Positions 56,101 through 64,000 of a stretch of DNA of 64,000 nucleotides are shown here, piece by piece. Location: positions 231,198,001-231,262,000 of the forward strand of contig OZ024743.1 of NCBI GenBank assembly GCA_964016885.1, in the 5' to 3' direction. Position numbers and translations under genes: made by a program. The stretch comes from Eledone cirrhosa (Eukaryota). Within the stretch, counting starts at the first letter, position 1; each line of letters opens with the position of its first letter. A model generated the notes under the pieces. It did no database searches. It saw nothing but the letters and a program-made list of their open reading frames with translations, and was not told where the DNA came from.

Positions 56101-57225
56101 ATTATTAAAGGATTGTTGTTATTTATAACTTATCCTTAATGTTAATAATATATATATATATATACATAGAGAGAGAGAGAGAGACAGAGAGAGAGAGAGA
56201 GGGGGGATGTGTGTGTGTGAGAGTGTGTATTAATTTGTTTATTTACATATGTGCATATGTATATGCTGATATGTCTGTGTGTATACAGGGAACAGTTTGT
56301 CTCAAAAGATTTTACATTGCAATCTCTACTGGGTTTCCTTTTTTCCTATTGATATCTATAATTCTCTTTACATTTAGTTCTGGACAATGTGGTTTTTCAA
56401 CCCAATACTCGTTGCAGGGTTACGTTTAACTGACCCAACCCCTATTTATAATAGATTTCAGGTATCATGAAATTGATGTGTAAATGATAAAAAGATCCTT
56501 CCCCGGTGTTTGCATAGCTACGGCTTCCTAAAACCGTATTTCCTTGGAGATACGAAATATTTATACATATTGTATAAAGCTATGCTTGAAGCGAAATCCT
56601 ATTTCTTTTTTATATATATATATGTTTCCGTTCAAGGCCGTGTAGAAACTTACTTTTGTAACTAATGTTAGTACTTGTCCTTTGTACTGTGCGAAACTGG
56701 AATTTGCAGAGCAAATAATTGCACGTCTAATCAAGGATTATTTGAAATCAATATTAGATTTCCTGTCAGAGAATCGCAAATATTTTAATGTGTATTTGTC
56801 AAACTAGGGTACAGCACATTTTCTAAAATGTCAATACATATGAGCCGTCAAGGATTTCTGAGATTATTCATTTTCCAAACATATTTGCAGAAAAGTGGAA
56901 GCAATTGAACCTCCGGATCTAAATGAATATGCATGCAGTGTGTACAAGCTTTGCAGACATTCTATGTTTCATCGTCGGAGTAGGCCATTTCAAAATTATC
57001 TGGCTATGAATATATATATCTTGGTTTGGCATTTTGGAATATAAACGTATCTTACACTAACGTACATTGCACGAGGGAAATGCTGAAAGATATATACTTA
57101 AGTCATGCTCAAGGAGAGAAATATTACCGTCATGCAGAAATATTAAAACAGATTCAGAGGGTATATTTATATATATGGGTATGTAAAAATAAACTACGAG
57201 CTAGGTATATACCTACATGCATATG

Positions 57226-57292
<67 letters not shown>

Positions 57293-57340
57293 GTGTGTAT
57301 GTATGTATGTATGTATGTATATATATATATATACATACAT

Positions 57341-57618
57341 ATGCATGGGACTGGCTTTGTGCAGTGCCTTTGCTCACTATAAAAGCTTCACGGCACAGGC
57401 ATTGGTTTATATCTGGAGATCTCTCTGCACTTGTCGTCACATGGTACCATGGGCCCAGCACTATGTGTCAATAATTGTCACAAGTGTAGTGTTTGTATCA
57501 GAGTGTTCAAGTCGCTGGCTGGACTAAAAAGTCACACTCGTTCAGCGCATCGGTAGGAGTTCTCCTACATAGATATAAAGTAGTGGCCGTACTCGAAAAC
57601 GAGTTGCCAGCCACCATA
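57341..57618 (+). mobile_element. 3' end of an RTE-clade LINE in (TA)n
   Basis: [25 protein letters not shown], then gccgtactcgaaaacgagttgccagccacc, matching 1423-1461. Confidence 0.7.
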
Positions 57619-58183
57619 TATATATATATAGTGTGTGTCTGAAGACATGTATGTGCTTATATTTTATGTATTAATTTATCGAAGCATGAATATTTGTGTA
57701 ACTTACGCCATACGTATATTATGTTTCCTTCAAGAATAATACATATTGCGGATTATTTTACATCATTCTACTAACAAATGAAAATTCAACGAAGTGGAAA
57801 AGAAAATTGGTTCTGCATGCTTTTATTTATAACCTAAAATATTAACACAAAACGCTCAAGCATTCCAAAAAATATGAATACGTATTTCAGGGGAAAATAT
57901 CTGCTTCTTATCAAAAGATTCCTTATGAAGAAGAGAAAATGCTACATGCCATATACAGTGAAGAAATGGCTAGTGCAGAAGAAATAATAAATCTTCCCAT
58001 AACTTTTTTCTATGTCCGTATAACGGTTAAAATGAAAAGTCAGTCTATGCAATGACATATACATTGCCAAATTGAGAGTTCGACATAAACAATGCAATAT
58101 AATACACTTGTGTTTAATGAATATATATTTATATACTTCCACACACACACACACACACACGCACACACATATATGTATTTATT

Positions 58184-58246
58184 TATTAAAATAATAGGTT
58201 AAAGTTTAAGCAAAGAATCGCTGCTTTCAACTTTAACGAGATCTTA
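58184..58246 (-). mobile_element. Short fragment of the Penelope pLTR 3' end
   Basis: ttaaagtttaagcaaagaatcgct-ctttca is shared with 36539-36570 and inverse of 61738-61768. Confidence 0.65.
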
Positions 58247-58673
58247 TTCATATAAATATATATATATATGGAAAAGAATGAAACGAAATTTCATTTCTCA
58301 CTCTTAGTACGGCTGGTACTTAAATGTAAGTATGAATGTATACGTACATACATATATATATACTGACGTACAGTAGTATGTATATATATACATACATGCA
58401 CATATATATATATGTACCAATGGGTTTACCGAACATTTATTATAATGCTCGCTTTGTTTGTAAACAAACAGCCCGAATTACGCCGTACCGTGTTCAGGCA
58501 ACCATCGTCACATTCTTGTTCAACACTGACACAGGAACGATGTACGAGTTTCAAGGTTATTAGCTATCGTCAGCATCGTATACCTTTCTGTCAGATGGTT
58601 GAACGTCTGAAAGTATATACTGCAAGTATATATATATATATATACATATATATAGATTTACGATGGCCAGTGA

Positions 58674-58716
<43 letters not shown>

Positions 58717-58719
58717 CAA

Positions 58720-58965
58720 TGACTAGGTTGTAAGCTCTTCTTCCAGACCGGACGATGCGTTCTGTTCTTGGACAATATACTTTATTGCACGTTGATTATG
58801 TTCCCTTAGTTTATGAGTTGTGACGTCTCTGATGCCAAGTTGTATCGTCATCGACTCTCTGATCATGGAGCTACGTACTTTATCGTATAACGTTACTTCA
58901 AAATCCCTTCGGAGGAATTCCATTTCAGCCGCTTGTATTCGCGATCGTATTCTTTCGAGTTTCTT
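58720..58965 (-). mobile_element. RTE (Rex3/Expander-like) LINE fragment
   Basis: ERIRSRIQAAEMEFLRR..VTLYDKVRSSMIRESM. Confidence 0.75.
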
Positions 58966-59049
58966 CAAATTCTCTTGGACGTATTTTGATGGCATTTTTT
59001 ATGGCGTTTTTGACGTATTGATGGCGTTTTGATGGTGGAATCATTGGCC

Positions 59050-60010
59050 ATGGTTAATGTAAACATTTGGATGAATTAGTTCAGTGAGTTCTGATAATAT
59101 TCTTGGTGTGCCTTATCTGCGGTGCATGTAAAAGCTTTTCCACTGTGTGATATCTTGGGCAGGCTATTTTTCTCTATACGACAAAACGCACTGCCCAGCG
59201 TAGCCATGTCTTTTAGACCTCGATATTTTTGACGACTGCTTTTTCAAGAACATCACTGCCGATAACAAATTCACCACAGCAGATGTTAAAATAGGGTGAA
59301 AGCGGCGCTGGTGGAGGCACCCAAGGCGTCGTACGCGATGATGGTATGAAACACATGACACATACATGAGGGTGGTGAGTACAACGGTTCTGTACACGCT
59401 GCTCTCTGTGTCATTTCGTAGAGGCATAGCGTCCCAGACAATTGAATACTCTGTTTTCTTTTCTCAGTTTGTTATCAACCTGTTTGTCCGTCTTCCCATC
59501 TGACAAAATGGTGTACCTAAGTTAACTAAACTGGTAGACTGTCTTCAGCTCTATTTCGCTAATGTTCTATTTCCTCGGCGTTTTTATAGATTTGATGGAT
59601 TGCTAGGTCATGAACCAATCGGGTGTTCTTGAGAAGTGTCTGGAAATGTTCACACCACTCATTCAGGATGAATGCTCTTTTAACCGAGGTTCATCCAGCA
59701 TTGCCTTGCCAGCTTGCTCAATGACAACAAGGTGCTCATGTCCTAGGATTTACATCGGAAACTGCTCTATATATATGCTTCAGCTAGAAAGGCTAACGAG
59801 CCGTATATGACCGTGTTTTGAGTCAACGTTTTTATTCTCTTAGTAGGGTTGCCAACCAAGTCTGGTGAACTCTGCAAGGCCTACCCGGTTATACCACAAG
59901 ATAAAGTAATTCAGGAGAGGTTGTTACTAATGATTTTCGATCAAACAAAGCAAGCATGGTCAGGTGACAATTCAGTAGAGTGGTTGAATAAGAGCTGCAG
60001 GGGATCCTAT
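59050..60010 (-). mobile_element. Decayed RTE/BovB-like LINE fragment(s)
   Basis: SVYRTVVLTTLMY..RRLGCLHQRRFHPIL, TILSDGKTDKQVDNKL and an upstream PDWF motif, with many stops. Boundaries are approximate. Confidence 0.6.
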
Positions 60011-60126
60011 GACCTACAGAATCCTAAGATTGGTGATGATATAACGAACGGAAACCCGACTGAAAAACGAAAACGACGCAATATAATACTGTCAATTTCT
60101 GACTTTCCTCGTTTTCCTCCAGTTCC

Positions 60127-60159
<33 letters not shown>

Positions 60160-60174
60160 TAAATACACACACAC

Positions 60175-60323
<149 letters not shown>

Positions 60324-60339
60324 TAGTACCCCATTCGAC

Positions 60340-61536
60340 GTGAGTATGGGCGCCAGTGATTCTGCGGAGGTTACTGATCTTATCGGCCTTTTCCTTCTTT
60401 TCTCTATCAAGGACGAATTCCCCAACGCGGGCGGTGGTTTGTACCGTGACGATGGTCTTTTGACCATGACTAAGTGCGGACCTCGTGCTTGCGACAGGTT
60501 CAGAAAAGAACTCACAGCCTTCTTTAAAGGCTTCAACCTCTCTATACAGGTTGAGGCCAATCTCTCGGTCGTTAATTACCTTGACGTTACCCTCAATTTA
60601 TTGAATGGGTTGTATTACCCGTATAGAAAGCCGAATGATACGCTTAATTACATAAGTAAGCATTCCAACCTTCCTGCCAGCATAACCAAGAACCTGGTAA
60701 GAAACGTTTCGTTGAGGCTTTCCCGTCTTTCCACCAACGAGCGTATTTTCAACGACCATTCCACTTATTACAATGAAGCTCTTGCTCGAAGTGGATTTGT
60801 CGATAAGGTAGCATATACTGAGTACGAAAATAGACCTAGAAGAAATAGATCCCGTCGCATTTGTTGCTATAACCCACCATATAATATGGAGGTGGCCACA
60901 CCATTAGCTCAGATCTTTCTTTCCCTTATTACGAAGCATTTTCCCCCTACACATAAATATAGTAATATTTTTAATAGAAATACTATTAAAATTTCTTACT
61001 CTACAACTCCTAACCTTGCACATACCATCACAGCTTCAAATTTAGCTAAACTACCCAGCCGTAGGAACCCGTGCAACCCTGTAGTTAGTACTAACTGTAA
61101 TTGTAGGAATCGGCTTGATTGTCCCCTATCCGGGAAATGCCTCTCTAGTAACATTGTCTACAAATGTAAGGTTGTAACACCCACGTCCCGTAGGACCTAC
61201 ATAGGGTTAACCGTCAATAGATTCAAACAGCGTCTTTACATGCATACCCATTCTTTTCGTTACCCTCTAAGAAGGAATATGACGTCACTTTCAGCTTATA
61301 TCTGGAGTCTAAAAGACAACCACACCCAATATAAGTTATACTGGGAGATCCTAGCTAGGGCTAGATCGTATAACGGAAATAAAAGACCATGTGACCTCTG
61401 CGCCGCTGAGGCCCTGGAAATACTCTACGCCACAGACCACATCTTAAACAAAAAATCTGAGGCAATTTCGACTTGTAAACATAAATTGCACAAAACTTTC
61501 CTGTATTACAGCCCCACGTTATACCCTAACGGATAG
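60340..61536 (+). CDS. Penelope-type RT (C-terminal half) + linker + GIY-YIG endonuclease; uninterrupted, N-terminally truncated
   Basis: [41 protein letters not shown] linker, IVYKC..TYIGLT..FKQR..H and CDLC..E..LNKK.E. Confidence 0.9.
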   Translation: MSMGASDSAEVTDLIGLFLLFSIKDEFPNAGGGLYRDDGLLTMTKCGPRACDRFRKELTAFFKGFNLSIQVEANLSVVNYLDVTLNLLNGLYYPYRKPNDTLNYISKHSNLPASITKNLVRNVSLRLSRLSTNERIFNDHSTYYNEALARSGFVDKVAYTEYENRPRRNRSRRICCYNPPYNMEVATPLAQIFLSLITKHFPPTHKYSNIFNRNTIKISYSTTPNLAHTITASNLAKLPSRRNPCNPVVSTNCNCRNRLDCPLSGKCLSSNIVYKCKVVTPTSRRTYIGLTVNRFKQRLYMHTHSFRYPLRRNMTSLSAYIWSLKDNHTQYKLYWEILARARSYNGNKRPCDLCAAEALEILYATDHILNKKSEAISTCKHKLHKTFLYYSPTLYPNG

Positions 61537-61711
61537 TACGATATATACGTGGATATTTTACGTCTTGATGTGGGAGCTAAATAAATGTTTGGTGTATACC
61601 ATTGCTTATTTGCATAGCGAACGTTTCCACGAACCAAAGTATCGTCTGCCTGTCTTACTCCGGTTGCAACGTTTTTGAAATATCCACTTCTGCGTTTACA
61701 GATTGACTTTG

Positions 61712-61752
61712 TTAGTTTCAGAAGATCCCGTTAAGAGTGAAATCAGAGATTA
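61712..61752 (+). ncRNA. Hammerhead-like motif with non-canonical core in the Penelope 3' region
   Basis: CAGAAGA-UCCC guuaa G(A/G)GU-GAAA. The same CAGAAGA is in the 36559-36590 copy. Confidence 0.35.
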
Positions 61753-61804
61753 TTTGCTTAAACTTTAATCTGCTATTTTAATATATATATATATATATAT
61801 ATAT

Positions 61805-62563
61805 CTAAGGCGGGTAAAATTGCCGAGATCCATGTACGAGTTCTCTCCAGCGGTCTCTGTCCCTCATTATCGCTGCCATGTCCTGCGTCTCCAACAGACC
61901 AGTGTCTGTCCTTAGGGCATCAACATACGTTAACCTTAGTCTTCCTCTTCTAGTGTGTCCATATAGGGGCTCCCAACGGTGCACTGAGTGCAATGTCAAC
62001 TCTGGATATCGGTGAGCATGTCCAGCTAACCTCAGTCTCCTCTGTGTCACTTTTAAGCTGACTTTTGGGATGCTCCCATACAGCTCTGAGTTTTTTATCC
62101 TCAGTGTATACTGATTAATGTTCAGAGCCATCCTCAGCATTCTCGAGTAGCAACCATACACCATCTGAGTGAGTTTCTTGGTCAGTGTCCAAGTTTCAGA
62201 CCCATACAGCAGCACAGACTCCACTACAGCAATGAAGATCGGATTTTCAGGTATCTACGAAGGTCCGACTTGCACACAGATCTCAAGCTGTGGCACGCCG
62301 CCCAGGCCTTGCTCTTCCTCTCAACCACATCATCTTCCGTATTCCCAATCTTTGCTCCCAAATACAGGAAGTCCTCAACCAATTCCAGCGGCTTCCCGCC
62401 TGCATTAGTGATCCCCTCTGGCTTCTCAACATTCTCTACCAGTTATTTTGTTTTAGTCTCATTCATTCTCAGCCTCACACTTATCGACACTGTCTCAACC
62501 TCTCGCATCAAATCCTCCACCTCCTTCACTGTATTTGTCACCAAAACTATGTCGTCGGCAAAT

Positions 62564-62564
<1 letters not shown>
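61805..62564 (-). mobile_element. RTE-like LINE, second copy, 5'-truncated at FADD, not inverted
   Basis: FADDIVL, ESVLLYGSETW and RRLRLAGH..WEP..TYVD..WRELV*. Colinear across the inversion breakpoint of 7521-8683. TA on both sides. Confidence 0.92.
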
Positions 62565-62595
<31 letters not shown>

Positions 62596-62959
62596 CACAC
62601 ATATATATATATATACGTAGATATATACACACACACACATATATATATATATATACGTAGATAAATACACACAGACACACACATACACACATATATATAT
62701 ATATATAGATATATGCGTACACACATGCATACATGTATTCAAACAAACACACGGGTAGATATGAGTATATACACGTATCTACATTGTTCTTATGCATAAA
62801 TCTTTATTCTTCCACGTTGAAACAAATAAACGCATATTAAAATTCCAAGTCAGGAATTATTTCAGAGAAAGTAACCCTGGCGAATAAAAAAAATTCAATG
62901 ACAAACTTAATACTATAATATATAAGTAAACACACACACAGATATTTGTGTATCTATAT

Positions 62960-63001
<42 letters not shown>

Positions 63002-63155
63002 AGAGAGACAGAGAAAAGGACAGAAAGTGGAAAGAGCGAGACAGAGAGAATGAGAGGTACTTTGTTTTTGATCGTAGAATGAAGGCGTTCACGCAGGGAA
63101 TAAATTATTGAGTACTTCAATACTCGAAGGAATACAACGCTCTCTGCAAGTAATG

Positions 63156-63157
<2 letters not shown>

Positions 63158-63229
<72 letters not shown>

Positions 63230-63244
63230 TATATATATATACAT

Positions 63245-63308
<64 letters not shown>

Positions 63309-63378
63309 TGTGTCTCTGTATGTGTGTGTATACATATGTATATGTAATATAAATATACCTATATTACATACATATCAC

Positions 63379-63427
<49 letters not shown>

Positions 63428-63537
63428 CATATTATATATACATATAAATAATATAGATAGACATATGTATATATGTATATACATTTGTATATATACACAA
63501 ATACACATATATTTATATACATATATATACTCACATA

Positions 63538-63620
<83 letters not shown>

Positions 63621-63676
63621 ATATATAAATATTATACATATATATATCTATATATTGCGATATTTATATATATACA
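63158..63676. repeat. (TA)n/(TG)n microsatellite block
   Basis: Directly visible. Confidence 0.9.
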
Positions 63677-64000
63677 AGCACACACTTAAACATATACGCA
63701 GCAGATCTCACACACATATGTTTCTATTTGAGTGTGTAAGTTTCACGGGCTTATATATAATCTCGCGTATATTCTCATATTGAAGTTTTATCCAAGAAAT
63801 TCGATAGCGCAATGGAGTGTGCAAAAGGTTTATCTCTGTCGAAGTCGAAAGTAGTATATAATAAGTTCGCGTGAAAACGATTATCGACAAGCGTGGAAAG
63901 GATAAATTTCGATTGAAATGAAGTGTTAAATGTTAGTTGCTTAAATTTACTTACTCTGGCTCAAATAAATAGCAGTTTGTCGTGACCGTTGTGAGATTGA

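Larger units (their letters stand above)
60325..61791 (+). mobile_element. 5'-truncated Penelope-like retroelement (C-terminal GIY-YIG, Cys-rich linker) in (TA)n
   Basis: Open ORF plus ~250-nt 3' region, with long TA runs on both sides. Confidence 0.93.

Overview
Eukaryotic, AT-rich, repeat-saturated DNA with very long (TA)n, (CA)n, (GA)n and (TATC)n tracts. The SINE and microsatellite content suggests an octopod cephalopod genome (inference). No host protein-coding gene can be supported, and nearly all ORF-track entries are microsatellite artefacts. Recognisable content: about 13 copies of one tRNA-derived SINE; two tandem L1/Tx1-type LINEs bounded by (TATC)n; two copies of an RTE-like LINE, one with a twin-priming-type inversion; older RTE fragments; two internally deleted mariner elements; and a 5'-truncated but open Penelope-like RT+GIY-YIG ORF. 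The most notable pattern is several unrelated (TA)n-embedded fold-back elements with an arm/spacer/inverted-arm+tail architecture. Several carry canonical or variant minimal hammerhead-ribozyme motifs, and one carries a GIY-YIG remnant. Together they point to a Penelope-driven, (TA)n-targeted system of non-autonomous hairpin retroelements.
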